Shown here one piece after another: positions 43,190 through 54,100 of a stretch of 64,000 bases of DNA. Within the stretch, counting starts at the first letter, position 1. Each line of letters starts with the position of its first letter. This stretch comes from Escherichia coli (GTDB taxonomy: Bacteria > Pseudomonadota > Gammaproteobacteria > Enterobacterales > Enterobacteriaceae). The DNA is taken from assembly GCF_011045215.1 (NCBI RefSeq), contig NZ_CP049201.1; one strand, written 5' to 3'. A program made the translations under genes and the position numbers. Under the pieces are notes generated by a model. It searched no databases and had not been told where the DNA came from. It saw nothing but the letters and a program-made list of their open reading frames with translations.

Positions 43190-44086
43190 CTATGACTTGC
43201 TGTTTTCAGTAAGAGTCTTATCATCCAAAGAATTTATTCTAGAAATTCTTTTTAACTCATTAAGATAATCAACCTCGTTTTCTAAGAACCAATGAAGAAC
43301 TTTAGAATTGCCAAGTAATTTATTAATATATGACTGGATTATAACGAATTTCAACATATCTGAACCATACTCGGTTTGAAGCTTTTTCGTTTCTTCCGAA
43401 GTTGTTGCCATTTCTTGTTCCAGACGAAGTATGGTTTTTTTTATATCCTTTTTATAGGGAGTGTTTTTCCCTTTATTTACTATCATCGATGCCGGTGTTG
43501 CATCCAAGATGCTCATTGCAAATTTTTTACTATAATTATCAAAATTAATCATTGTACCGACTGCTTCAATTTGGCGAATTGGCTTCATTTTCCTCAAAAC
43601 GTCAAATGTAGCCTTAGGTATAGGTTTATCAGAAAGTTTCGCAATTACACTTGGATCTATGCCGTTCATCACATTCGCTTTATCTTTTATGGCATCAACA
43701 GATATGCCCAAAGCAGCACTAAGTTTTTCAATTGATACTTTTGCCAGAGACTTAATTATCATTCTATGTTCTTCAACTACATTTATATGATTCACTTGTT
43801 TGTTAGGAGTGAAAGCATCATCTATGCTCGAAAGTATACATGGAGCTTTTTCTATACCTAAGTCTTTTAAAGCCTCAACCCTTAAATGGCCATCAAGTAT
43901 CTTAGTGACATCTTTATCTTTGTCATAGAATACTATTATTGGTTCAATAATACCTAAGCTTTCGATAGAGGTAACTATTTGATGATATTTATGGCTTCGC
44001 TTTACGTTTTCTAATAATTCCTTAGATGGAATTAACTTATTAGTTTCCAGGTAAATAAAATTATCGCCAAAACGTATCTGAATCAT
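43190..44086 (-). CDS. ParB-N-terminal-domain (ParB/Srx-fold) protein, paralog B
   Basis: 298-aa AT-rich ORF; ILDGHLRVEALKDLG resembles the ParB arginine-patch box (GERRxRA); start overlaps upstream stop (ATGA). Confidence 0.65.
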   Translation of the reverse strand: MIQIRFGDNFIYLETNKLIPSKELLENVKRSHKYHQIVTSIESLGIIEPIIVFYDKDKDVTKILDGHLRVEALKDLGIEKAPCILSSIDDAFTPNKQVNHINVVEEHRMIIKSLAKVSIEKLSAALGISVDAIKDKANVMNGIDPSVIAKLSDKPIPKATFDVLRKMKPIRQIEAVGTMINFDNYSKKFAMSILDATPASMIVNKGKNTPYKKDIKKTILRLEQEMATTSEETKKLQTEYGSDMLKFVIIQSYINKLLGNSKVLHWFLENEVDYLNELKRISRINSLDDKTLTENSKS

Positions 44087-44979
44087 TTTAATACCTCTTT
44101 GTTTACTGGGGTTAATATCTGAGATGGTAGTTCTGAAAGATTCTCTTGTTCAAGTATATGTTGAAAGCTTTTATTCATCATTATGATGTTAAAAATCTCA
44201 TTTACTATTAGTAGGTTGGTTTTTATGAATTTTGAGTTGTTATAAACAGATTTATGTTCAGCGATACTATTTTCATAAAGCTCAATCAACTCCTCTGCAG
44301 TCATCCTTTTTGATGGTTTGTGATAATAAAATCCGGCTGCTTTTGCACCTTTATTCCCAACTGTTCTTTGATTTAGAATGTGTTTTATCTTTATAATGTC
44401 CCGACTTTTTATTAATTTTTTATCATATGCTTCGGTAAGAATATCTTGTGCTTCCTCAGTTTCACATCTTGCAAATTGCACTGCGAGATACAGAGGCAAA
44501 TTACCCCGTTCGACTGCTGAGAGAAGTTTATGCTCTCCCTTATCAAGTAGCATATTAATACTGCTCACCCAGTTCGATGAATATCCAGTAATCTCACTTA
44601 TTTCGGAGTCTGAAAGTCCTCTGATTTTCATGTCTTTAATCACCTGTAATAACTCATTAGAACGTGGTCTTCTCCTTGCAATGTTTTCAACTAAACTCAT
44701 AACGTAAGCATCTTCTTCTGATACATCTCTTATAATTGCTGGAATAATAGTTTCACCTAATGCAACGAGAGCCTCTATTCTCCCTTGACCACAAATTAAA
44801 GCATATTTGAAATCGCCTTCATCAATAGCTCTTACGCTTATAGGCTTGCTTAATCCTCTTTTTTTTATGCTTTCCTTTATTTCTTCATGCACTAACTTAT
44901 TTCTTGTTCGTGGGTTAAGAAATTTTATTTTTGCAATCTCAATTTGAATTATTGGGAATTCATTTTTTTCAGGCAGCAT
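44083..44979 (-). CDS. ParB-N-terminal-domain (ParB/Srx-fold) protein, paralog A
   Basis: 298-aa ORF; LICGQGRIEALVALG ParB-box-like motif; start overlaps the recombinase gene end. Confidence 0.65.
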   Translation of the reverse strand: MLPEKNEFPIIQIEIAKIKFLNPRTRNKLVHEEIKESIKKRGLSKPISVRAIDEGDFKYALICGQGRIEALVALGETIIPAIIRDVSEEDAYVMSLVENIARRRPRSNELLQVIKDMKIRGLSDSEISEITGYSSNWVSSINMLLDKGEHKLLSAVERGNLPLYLAVQFARCETEEAQDILTEAYDKKLIKSRDIIKIKHILNQRTVGNKGAKAAGFYYHKPSKRMTAEELIELYENSIAEHKSVYNNSKFIKTNLLIVNEIFNIIMMNKSFQHILEQENLSELPSQILTPVNKEVLK

Positions 44980-46525
44980 ATAGTTCCCTCACTTTCATGC
45001 GAGTAATAATTTGTAGAAGTTTATCAAGATTATCAAATCTATAGAGATCTAATCGAATGTTGTTTGTTTCCGTCATGCACATTTTATTATATTCGTTTTC
45101 AATCTTTGGTATGATATAAAAATCAAGAGGTGAAATATTTTGTGAATTCATTCGTATAACAATTGTTATGTCTGCTTTCTGTGAGTTATCAAACCGGACT
45201 TTCCATCTAAGTTTACCTGATTTCATATGTATGCATTTAGTAACAAGGACGGAAATTAAAAACTCATCATTGATGTAAAGCATTGGGGCATATTTATACT
45301 CGTCTATATGACAGTTACTTTTTAAAATTTCACCCTTAAAATCCTCAATTATCTCTGAGTGAAATGATCTTAGTGCTTCATTTATTTTGAGATAGCTGTA
45401 ATCATGTTCTGGCTTATAACCAATCAAAGTATATGCTCTTAAAAGACCACCAAATCGGGTTCTATAAACAGAAGATGAAGGGCCTGTATCATCTTCATCA
45501 ATGATAAAGCCTGATAGTTTTCCATTAGATTCTAATTTTTGTTTTAGTTTTTCTAATAGATCTTCATTAGTCAAATGAATGGATCGGAGCTGAATTATTT
45601 CTTGAGCTTTATTGTATTTTTTCTTTGAAATAATAGGTTTATATGCCTTGTCACATCTAACCCATTCATGTTTGGGGTTTTTTACAAGCCTACTTTTTAA
45701 TTTAGATGAGGTTTTGTTATATATGTTGTTTCCAATATATTTTTCATTTGTCAAAATTTGATGTATTTTTGCACGAGTCCATAATGTTCCATTTTCTGCA
45801 GGTATGTTCTGTTCATTTAATCTCTCAGCAATAATGAATTCTGGGACGTTATTATCTATAAAGAGATCATATATTCTATTTACAATTTTTATTTCATTTT
45901 TTGGTCCCGGAATTAATATTACCCTATCTGTTTGAATACTCTTTCTTTTGCGGAAACTCAATATTTCTTTAGCTATGCCATTTTCGTCTACTAAAAGACG
46001 TCTCAGCCCATAACCAGCCATACCGCCTTGATGATAACCAAGCTTTATTAAATTTACTTGCCCTATAAATACCTTTTCAGATAAATTCCTGCTGTGATAT
46101 GCAGCACTAGATCTTTTTATATTCAGTATAACAGAGGACTCTAAAGGGAAATCTTTAGTGGGTATAGGTTCGGAACAATATATAAGATCTACACCATTTC
46201 TCTCAAATAGAAAGGAATAATATGCCGCTTCATCACTATTTTGAAAACGACCAAAACGGCTCACATCATAAAATAATACAGCCTGTATATCTATTTTCTT
46301 TTGTTCTACATCGCTAAGTAACTGCTGCAAAGAATGCCTGCCTACGATACTGACTCCGCTCTTACCTGCATCATCGTAGGTATAAGCGATTTCCATATTG
46401 TTCTTTTCAGCATAATCTTTGATATATTCGGACTGATTATGTAAAGAATATTGCTGATGGTCGGTAGACATCCTCAAGTACTGCGCGACCCTAACTCTAT
46501 GATTTTTGTCATTTTCGCTAGCCAT
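44969..46525 (-). CDS. Large serine recombinase (resolvase catalytic domain plus recombinase domain)
   Basis: 518-aa ORF; N-terminal YLRMSTDHQ (catalytic Ser motif) ... DVSRFGR typical of the serine recombinase fold; length indicates the large-serine-recombinase class. Confidence 0.8.
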   Translation of the reverse strand: MASENDKNHRVRVAQYLRMSTDHQQYSLHNQSEYIKDYAEKNNMEIAYTYDDAGKSGVSIVGRHSLQQLLSDVEQKKIDIQAVLFYDVSRFGRFQNSDEAAYYSFLFERNGVDLIYCSEPIPTKDFPLESSVILNIKRSSAAYHSRNLSEKVFIGQVNLIKLGYHQGGMAGYGLRRLLVDENGIAKEILSFRKRKSIQTDRVILIPGPKNEIKIVNRIYDLFIDNNVPEFIIAERLNEQNIPAENGTLWTRAKIHQILTNEKYIGNNIYNKTSSKLKSRLVKNPKHEWVRCDKAYKPIISKKKYNKAQEIIQLRSIHLTNEDLLEKLKQKLESNGKLSGFIIDEDDTGPSSSVYRTRFGGLLRAYTLIGYKPEHDYSYLKINEALRSFHSEIIEDFKGEILKSNCHIDEYKYAPMLYINDEFLISVLVTKCIHMKSGKLRWKVRFDNSQKADITIVIRMNSQNISPLDFYIIPKIENEYNKMCMTETNNIRLDLYRFDNLDKLLQIITRMKVRELYAA

Positions 46526-46807
46526 GCACGAAACCTCATGGGTGATTCAATACAATGTAGAGGATAAAATTGATCAAATTTTAACCGAATTCAACTGTTT
46601 TATCATTGATTAGAGCGAATTTGGTAGATCTTCGAGGTGTATGATAATCGAGAAGAGATGTGAATTATTTAGCTGATATGACCGACAGCTTTCGTTATGT
46701 GGACTCAATGTCCCCATTTGTAAATGGCTATGCTTAGTCCACATAGGTTAATGGTGTGATTATTAATTCTTTAACTAAATCAAGATAGTTAATCCATCAT
46801 GGGAGAG

Positions 46808-48037
46808 TTATGCGGCAATAACTTTGCATTTTTGAGACGAAACATAGTCACTCCACCATTGCATGAGAACCACCCGTTCAGTGAGATACTCTGCACGATT
46901 GTAGGCTGCAATTATTTCATCTTTCTTCGAGTGGGCAAGGGCGGCTTCTAAGACATCAGTCCTAAACTTGCCAGACTCCTCAGCAGCCGTTCTAGCAATG
47001 GATCGCATACCGTGAGCTACAAGCTCACCTCCGAAACCCATACGGATTATGGCCGCATTAGCTGTTTGTTCATGCATGTGATTGAGTGGAGCTTTGATAC
47101 TGGGGAACACCCACTCTCTATGCCCGCTGATGACTTTCATTAAATCCAAAACTCGCAAAGCTTCTTTGCTCAGTGGAACTTTGTGAGGCTTCTTCATTTT
47201 CATAAACTCCGCCGGGATGTTCCACATGCCAGTTTCAATATCAATATCTGACCATCTTGTGCGAACAGCTTCACCTGGGCGAACCCATGTGAGAAGTTGC
47301 CACTCAATCAGTAGCCTTGTTTCCAAACGGATAGAAGCATTGTTTAGAGCAACCAAGAAGCGAGGGAGTTCGGAAGGGGGTAATGCTGGCATATTCTGTT
47401 TTTTTGGCTTGCTGAACCGTTGCCCCAGGTTGTCTGCCGGGTTGAATTCTATGAGTTCTTCTGTTGCTGCATAGCGGAAAATTTCATTCAGGCGGGATAT
47501 GATGCGGCGAAGTGTTTCAAGGACACCTCGTTTTTCTATGGGTTCTAAATGCTGTTTAAGCATTTTAGGGCGAATCTCCTTAATTGGGGTATCACCCAAT
47601 GTGGAAAAGATATTTCTCTCTAGGCTTCGCCAGATGTCGTTAGCATGATCTTGGGAGATGCCTGACGTTTTGACTTTCTCATCAAGCCACTTCTTGGCTA
47701 CTGCTTGAAATGTATGTTCCGTGGCATCTTTCAGTGCATTGGCTTTTTGGTTGTTATGAACTTGGGGGTCTATACCATTTGTAAGCAACGACAAGTATTC
47801 ATCACGTAAAGCTCGTGCCTTCGCAAGTGTAAGGTGAGGATAGGTTCCTAAGCTCACCTTAGTTCGCTTTTTGGTCACAGGCACTGCATATCTGAAATAC
47901 CAATTTTTCTTCCCTCCCTTCGCCAGGGGAGCGATTCGCAACAGCAAACCATCGCCGTCAAAAAGGTTAACCTCTTTTTCGGCAGGTTTGGTGCTTTTGA
48001 TTTCAGTGTCAGTGAGCTTCTTAGCGATTTTGGCCAT
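46808..48037 (-). CDS. P4-type tyrosine integrase
   Basis: ORF 46808-48118; likely start MAKIAKKLTDTEIK (48037, ~409 aa); C-terminal catalytic-domain residues (...HGMRSIARTAAEE...); located 166 bp from the ssrA 3' end, same orientation. Confidence 0.85.
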   Translation of the reverse strand: MAKIAKKLTDTEIKSTKPAEKEVNLFDGDGLLLRIAPLAKGGKKNWYFRYAVPVTKKRTKVSLGTYPHLTLAKARALRDEYLSLLTNGIDPQVHNNQKANALKDATEHTFQAVAKKWLDEKVKTSGISQDHANDIWRSLERNIFSTLGDTPIKEIRPKMLKQHLEPIEKRGVLETLRRIISRLNEIFRYAATEELIEFNPADNLGQRFSKPKKQNMPALPPSELPRFLVALNNASIRLETRLLIEWQLLTWVRPGEAVRTRWSDIDIETGMWNIPAEFMKMKKPHKVPLSKEALRVLDLMKVISGHREWVFPSIKAPLNHMHEQTANAAIIRMGFGGELVAHGMRSIARTAAEESGKFRTDVLEAALAHSKKDEIIAAYNRAEYLTERVVLMQWWSDYVSSQKCKVIAA

Positions 48038-48203
48038 GTTTGGGACCCTCGATTTTAGGACCCATCTTCGTGGGTCCCATTCAGGGTGCCATAACTCGTA
48101 GTTCTCAGCAATTCTCACTAGACTACAATAGACGTAAAAAAGCCCGCAGAGCTTGTGCTGTGCGGGCTTAGTAGACTTTACTGAACTTCAGTACATCAAT
48201 ATT

Positions 48204-48566
48204 TGGTGGAGCTGGCGGGAGTTGAACCCGCGTCCGAAATTCCTACATCCTCGGTACTACATGCTTAGTCAGTCTTTACATTCGCTTGCCAGCTGCGGAC
48301 GGACACGCCACTAACAAACTAGCCTGATTAAGTTTTAACGCTTCAACCCCAGGCAGGGCTTCCACGCGATCTCTTTTGGGTTTGACCTCTCTTGATCCCC
48401 GTCCTAAGAGCGGAGGCTAGGGAGAGAGGGCTCTAAGCAGGTTATTAAGCTGCTAAAGCGTAGTTTTCGTCGTTTGCGACTATTTTTTGCGGCTTTTTAC
48501 GAGGCCAACCGCCCCTCGGCATGCACCTTGGGTTTCGCAAATCCCGTCGAATCCAGAATCAGCCCC
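48204..48566 (-). ncRNA. ssrA: tmRNA (SsrA)
   Basis: Reverse complement reads GGGGCTGATTCTGGATTCGACGGGATTTGCGAAACCCAAGGTGCATGCCGAGGGGCGGTTGGCCTCGTAAAAAGCCGCAAAAAATAGTCGCAAACGACGAAAACTACGCTTTAGCAGCTTAA...GCTCCACCA, i.e. E. coli tmRNA including the ANDENYALAA tag-encoding segment; 363 nt. Confidence 0.97.
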
Positions 48567-48780
48567 AATGTGTAAAGGTAAGTATACCAGATTTATGAGC
48601 GCCATGACCAGCCTCAATGGCGTTATCGTTAAAGATTTAGCACCCATGTAGCCTGATTTTTATTCGATTAAGCAATGGGATGGCAACATTTGTGTCGGAT
48701 GTGATAGCCAATAAGATGTTCATTCGCGCCGCCGGAGAGGGAGGCGCGGTGAGGAACTGGTCAATAATTGGAGTGCAGGT

Positions 48781-49263
48781 TTAACGGTGGGCGTTTTTCA
48801 TGATACGTGCTTTATCCACCTGCCATTCGCGTTCTTTGATATCTGAACGTTTATCGTGCTGTTTCTTACCTTTGGCGACGCCGATTTTCACTTTGCACCA
48901 GGCATTTTTCCAGTACAGGGAGAGCGCCACTACGGTATAGCCTTCTCGATTGACGCGACCGTACAATGAGTCCAGTTCGCGCTGGTTGAGAAGTAACTTG
49001 CGGGTACGGGTAGGATCGCACACCACATGCGTGGAGGCCACGGCCATTGGCGTGATGTTAGCGCCAAACAGAAATGCCTCTCCGTCACGCAGAAGGACGT
49101 AGCTGTCGCTGATATTGGCTTTTCCTGCGCGCAGGGATTTAACTTCCCAGCCTTGCAGGGCAAGTCCCGCTTCGAACTCTTCTTCGATAAAGTATTCGTG
49201 ACGGGCGCGCTTGTTAAGCGCGATGGTCGCTGAACCAGGTTTATGTGCTTTTTTCTTCGTCAT
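48781..49263 (-). CDS. smpB: SsrA-binding protein SmpB
   Basis: 160-aa [36 protein letters not shown]... recognised as SmpB; directly upstream of ssrA. Confidence 0.95.
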
Positions 49264-49394
49264 AAGCGTCGTGAATCATCGGTAATCTGAAATCGAAAAC
49301 ACCCCATATCAATCCTGCGGGGGACAAGGCTCTATCTTAGCATGAACCCGATGTTACCCAGCGCCGGGATAGCGTTTTTTTTACAGCAGGATAA

Positions 49395-49871
49395 ATGATA
49401 TTATTTGTTGGATTTTTGTTGATGGAAATTGTTATGCCTCAGATTAGCCGGACCGCACTGGTACCCTACAGCGCGGAGCAAATGTATCAGTTAGTGAATG
49501 ACGTTCAGTCTTATCCTCAGTTTTTGCCGGGTTGTACCGGAAGTCGGATTCTGGAGTCCACTCCTGGGCAGATGACTGCGGCGGTAGATGTCTCTAAGGC
49601 TGGGATCAGCAAAACGTTTACTACCCGCAACCAGTTGACCAGTAACCAAAGTATTCTTATGAATCTGGTGGATGGGCCGTTCAAGAAATTGATTGGTGGA
49701 TGGAAGTTTACGCCGCTGAGCCAGGAGGCGTGTCGTATCGAGTTTCATCTCGACTTTGAGTTTACCAATAAGTTGATTGAGCTCGCCTTTGGTCGCGTGT
49801 TTAAAGAGCTGGCGTCTAATATGGTCCAGGCTTTTACGGTTCGTGCGAAAGAGGTTTACAGTGCCAGGTAA
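49395..49871 (+). CDS. ratA: Ribosome-association toxin RatA (SRPBCC family, YfjG)
   Basis: 158-aa ORF; conserved smpB-ratA-ratB neighbourhood. Confidence 0.85.
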   Translation: MILFVGFLLMEIVMPQISRTALVPYSAEQMYQLVNDVQSYPQFLPGCTGSRILESTPGQMTAAVDVSKAGISKTFTTRNQLTSNQSILMNLVDGPFKKLIGGWKFTPLSQEACRIEFHLDFEFTNKLIELAFGRVFKELASNMVQAFTVRAKEVYSAR

Positions 49872-50151
49872 AATTGCCGTTGAGGTGGCTTATGCGCTAC
49901 CTGAGAAGCAGTACCTGCAGCGCGTGACGCTGCAGGAGGGCGCGACGGTTGAAGAAGCTATTCGCGCCAGTGGCTTGCTGGAATTGCGTACCGATATCGA
50001 TTTAACTAAAAACAAAGTCGGCATTTACAGCCGTCCGACAAAACTAAGCGATAGTGTGCATGATGGCGATCGGGTGGAGATTTATCGCCCTCTCATTGCC
50101 GATCCGAAAGAGCTTCGCAGGCAACGAGCAGAAAAATCAGCGAATAAATAA
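49861..50151 (+). CDS. ratB: RatB (YfjF), probable GTG start overlapping the ratA stop
   Basis: ORF 49777-50151; GTG at 49861 gives ~96 aa ([16 protein letters not shown]...). Confidence 0.75.
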   Translation: MPGKIAVEVAYALPEKQYLQRVTLQEGATVEEAIRASGLLELRTDIDLTKNKVGIYSRPTKLSDSVHDGDRVEIYRPLIADPKELRRQRAEKSANK

Positions 50152-50157
50152 CGGACA

Positions 50158-50188
50158 GAAAAAAGGTGCTCATTGAGCACCTTTTTTA
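50158..50188. terminator. Bidirectional rho-independent terminator between ratB and bamE
   Basis: AAAAAGGTGCTCATTGAGCACCTTTTTT: GC stem flanked by A-tract and T-tract. Confidence 0.7.
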
Positions 50189-50212
50189 ACGTCTTTGAGA
50201 GCAACTTTATTA

Positions 50213-50554
50213 TTAGTTACCACTCAGCGCAGGTTTGTTATCAATATTGGTCAACACACCGCTACTGTTAAAGGTTAGCGTCAGCGTTTGCTGCGTTACA
50301 CCTTCATGACCTGGTTGCTGGCGGAAGACATAGAACCAGGTATTCGTACCAAATGGATCGGACATCAGCGGTGTACCCAATGCGTACGCAACTTGTTGTT
50401 GCGTCATGCCAACACGTATTTTGGATACGTCGTTAGCGGTCAGATAGTTCCCCTGGTTGATGTCAGGACGGTAAACCACTCGCTCCAGAGTGGAACAGCC
50501 TGCGGTCAACATCAATAGTACTGCTGCTGCAGCAGTCAGCGTTTTACAGCGCAT
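50213..50554 (-). CDS. bamE: Outer membrane protein assembly factor BamE (SmpA)
   Basis: 113-aa lipoprotein (lipobox LTAGC); recognised BamE sequence. Confidence 0.9.
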
Positions 50555-50702
50555 AGTGATTTGATTCCTTTTCGGGCCCGAGCAGTACGTGGCTCATCTG
50601 TAATATGCCGATGATAATAGACCTTTCATCACTTTAAAACCTTTTGCTTTCCGGTCTTACGGCGTTTTGCTGTTTACTCTGACCGTGAAGCAGGAAAAAA
50701 GT

Positions 50703-52364
50703 TTACGCCGCAAGCAGTTCTTTCGCATTCGCCAGTGTGTTACGTGTGACTTCACTGCCACCAAGCAGGCGCGCCAGTTCTTGTAACCGCGCTTTTTTAT
50801 CCAGAGATTGCATATGCGTTTCTGTCATCGCACCATCGGTTTCTTTGCTGACAAAATAGTGTTGATGACCACATCCCGCGACTTGTGGCAGGTGGGTAAC
50901 ACACATCACCTGAGTTGATTCGCCGAGTTGACGCAGCAGTTTGCCGACAACTGCCGCTGTTGGACCGCTAATCCCTACATCCACTTCATCAAAAATCAGT
51001 GCCGGGGTTTCCATTTTACGCGCCGTGATGACCTGGATTGCCAGTGCGATGCGGGACAATTCACCACCGGATGCGACTTTGGCAATAGGCTGCATTGGCT
51101 GACCTGGGTTGGTGGTTACCCGAAACTCAATACGATCGGCACCGTCAGCGCCCAGGTGATGCTCGTCAAATTTAACATCGATCGTAAACTGCCCATGCGG
51201 CATTGAGAGCGCATGCATACTGTCGGTGATCAGCTGTGCAAGTTCTTCTGCATATTGCTGGCGTTGTTGGTGTAATGCGCGCGCGGTTTCCAGTGCCTGC
51301 TGATGATGTTTCGTTACCGCCAGCGCGAGCGTTTCTTGTGAGTCGGCCTGATCGTCCAGTTGCTGCTGTTCTTCCAGTAGCGACTGGTAATACTGTGGTA
51401 ATGCCTCAGGGCTGACGTGATGTTTACGTGCCAGCGAAATCTGTTTTGAGATGCGTTGTTCAAGTTCAAACAGCCGGTTGGGATCGAGATCCAAACGATC
51501 GCAGTAGTGGCGCAGTTCGTCGCTGGCTTCAGCAATCTGGATGGTAGCTTCTTCCAGCATATCAAGTACGCCGGACAGTTTGCTGTCCATGTCAATCAAT
51601 TCGCTCACCAGTTGTTTAGCCGTGTAAAGCTGACTTTGCAGGTTTGCGTCTTCACCGTCGGCCATTAATGCCAATGCATTCTGGCTGGTGGTCAGCAATT
51701 GACCGCTGTTCGCCAGACGTTTGTACTCTTCGTCGATTTGCTCAAACTCTCCGGGCTGCGGATTAAATTCGTTAAGTTCTTTTAATTGGTATTGCAGCAG
51801 TTCCGCACGGGCGGCGCGTTCCTGACTTAACTGTTGATGATGCGCGAGGTCACGGCAGCTTTGATGCCACAACTGATAACGTGCGGTCATTTCCTGAAGT
51901 AGAGAGGTTTCATTGGCATAGCCATCAACCTGGAATTTTTGGTGCTCGGGTTTGGTGAGTAACTGATGAGCGTGCTGACCATGGATCTGAATCAGCAACT
52001 GACCCAGTTCGCGCAGTTGTGACAGAGGAACAGCTGTACCGTTGATGAAACCACGGGAGCGACCATCGCTGCTGATCACGCGACGAAGCAAACATTCATG
52101 CCCGTCTTCAAGCTGGTTTTCTTCCAGCCAGCGCAGAGCCGCTGGCGTATCTTTCAGAGAAAAACGGGCGCACAGGTCAGCGCGAGCAGCGCCGGTACGC
52201 ACCATGTCGGCTTCAGCGCGACCACCGAGACAAAGACCGAGGGCATCTATTGCAATAGATTTACCCGCGCCGGTCTCGCCAGTTATTACGGTCATGCCGC
52301 TATGAAAATCAATCTCAAGCTCACGAACGATAGCAAAGTTGCTGATGGTCAGTTGTGCCAACAT
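50703..52364 (-). CDS. recN: DNA repair protein RecN
   Basis: 553-aa ORF with SMC-like Walker A (GETGAGKS) and coiled-coil middle region. Confidence 0.95.
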   Translation of the reverse strand: MLAQLTISNFAIVRELEIDFHSGMTVITGETGAGKSIAIDALGLCLGGRAEADMVRTGAARADLCARFSLKDTPAALRWLEENQLEDGHECLLRRVISSDGRSRGFINGTAVPLSQLRELGQLLIQIHGQHAHQLLTKPEHQKFQVDGYANETSLLQEMTARYQLWHQSCRDLAHHQQLSQERAARAELLQYQLKELNEFNPQPGEFEQIDEEYKRLANSGQLLTTSQNALALMADGEDANLQSQLYTAKQLVSELIDMDSKLSGVLDMLEEATIQIAEASDELRHYCDRLDLDPNRLFELEQRISKQISLARKHHVSPEALPQYYQSLLEEQQQLDDQADSQETLALAVTKHHQQALETARALHQQRQQYAEELAQLITDSMHALSMPHGQFTIDVKFDEHHLGADGADRIEFRVTTNPGQPMQPIAKVASGGELSRIALAIQVITARKMETPALIFDEVDVGISGPTAAVVGKLLRQLGESTQVMCVTHLPQVAGCGHQHYFVSKETDGAMTETHMQSLDKKARLQELARLLGGSEVTRNTLANAKELLAA

Positions 52365-52375
52365 AGTCGTTTTCC

Positions 52376-52434
52376 TGTATGAAAAACCATTACTGTTATT
52401 GCGTACAGTATAAACTGGTTTTATATACAGTAAA
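52376..52434. promoter_or_regulatory. LexA (SOS) boxes in the recN promoter
   Basis: CTG-N10-CAG motifs read directly: TACTGTTATTGCGTACAGTA (52393-52412), ACTGGTTTTATATACAGT (52416-52433), weaker CCTGTATGAAAAACCAT (52376-52392); recN is a known LexA target. Confidence 0.7.
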
Positions 52435-52449
52435 GAGGCTGGCGTAAAA

Positions 52450-53328
52450 TTAGAATAATTTTTTTGACCAGCCGAGCTTGGTGCTTAATGTGTTGAAATA
52501 ACTGTAATCTTTCGGATGAATCAGATTCAGATGGTAATCACAGCGACGAATCAGGACATCTTCACCTTCCTGAATCGGCAGTGCTATCTGGCTGTCGCAA
52601 CTGATTTCCAGGTCGTTACGGCGATGCGAAAAACGCAGACGGATCGTGCTGCTGCTGTTTATGACCAGTGGTCGTGCTGACAACGTATGCGGGAACATGG
52701 GCACCAGGGTAATCGCATCCAGAGAGGGGGTCAGAATAGGACCGCCCGCAGAGAGGGAATAGGCGGTGGAGCCTGTTGGCGTCGAAATAATTAGCCCATC
52801 AGATCGCTGAGAAAACGCAAAGATCTCGTCGATATACACTTCGAACTCTATCATATGCGCCACTTTGCCTGGATGAAGTACCACTTCATTTATCGCGGTG
52901 CTGATGCGCTTTTGGCAATCTTGCTGACAGACTTGCGCTTCCAGCAAAAAACGTTTCTCGCTGATGTAGTGACCTTCCAGCACATCGGCTAATTGTTGCT
53001 GGGCGTTATCGGGGTCAAGGTCAGTCAGGAAACCCAGGTTGCCACGGTTGATTCCAATAACTTTAATATCGTAACGGGCGAGCGTGCGCGCCGCGCCCAG
53101 CATATTACCGTCGCCACCAACGACTACCGCGAGATCAGCCAGTTGCCCAATCTCCGCGAGCGTGCCAGTTTTCACATTCTTCAGTTGCAGTTCGTGAGCG
53201 ATTTGTTGCTCAACGATGACCTCGTAACCTTTTGTGCACAGCCAGCGGTAGAGCATTTCATGTGTTGTCAGTGCAGTAGGGTGCCGTGGGTGTCCCACAA
53301 TGCCAATACACTTGAAATGATTATTCAT
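52450..53328 (-). CDS. nadK: NAD kinase NadK
   Basis: 292-aa ORF with GGDG motif ([14 protein letters not shown]). Confidence 0.95.
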
Positions 53329-53374
53329 TTTTCCGAGGTCCTTGTTGCGAAGATTGATGACAATGTGAGTGCTT

Positions 53375-53405
53375 CCCTTGAAACCCTGAAACTGATCCCC
53401 ATAAT
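53375..53405 (+). promoter_or_regulatory. Sigma-32 heat-shock promoter of grpE
   Basis: CCCTTGAAA (-35) and CCCCATAAT (-10) with ~13-bp spacer upstream of grpE. Confidence 0.65.
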
Positions 53406-53417
53406 AAGCGAAGTTAG

Positions 53418-54044
<627 letters not shown>

Positions 54045-54065
54045 TTTCTGTTTTCGTAATAATTC

Positions 54066-54100
54066 ACGGCCCTGCATGCGAATGTCGGGCCGTTTTCGTT
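54066..54100. terminator. Hairpin between convergent grpE and yfjD
   Basis: ACGGCCC-N14-GGGCCGT followed by TTTTCGTT. Confidence 0.5.
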
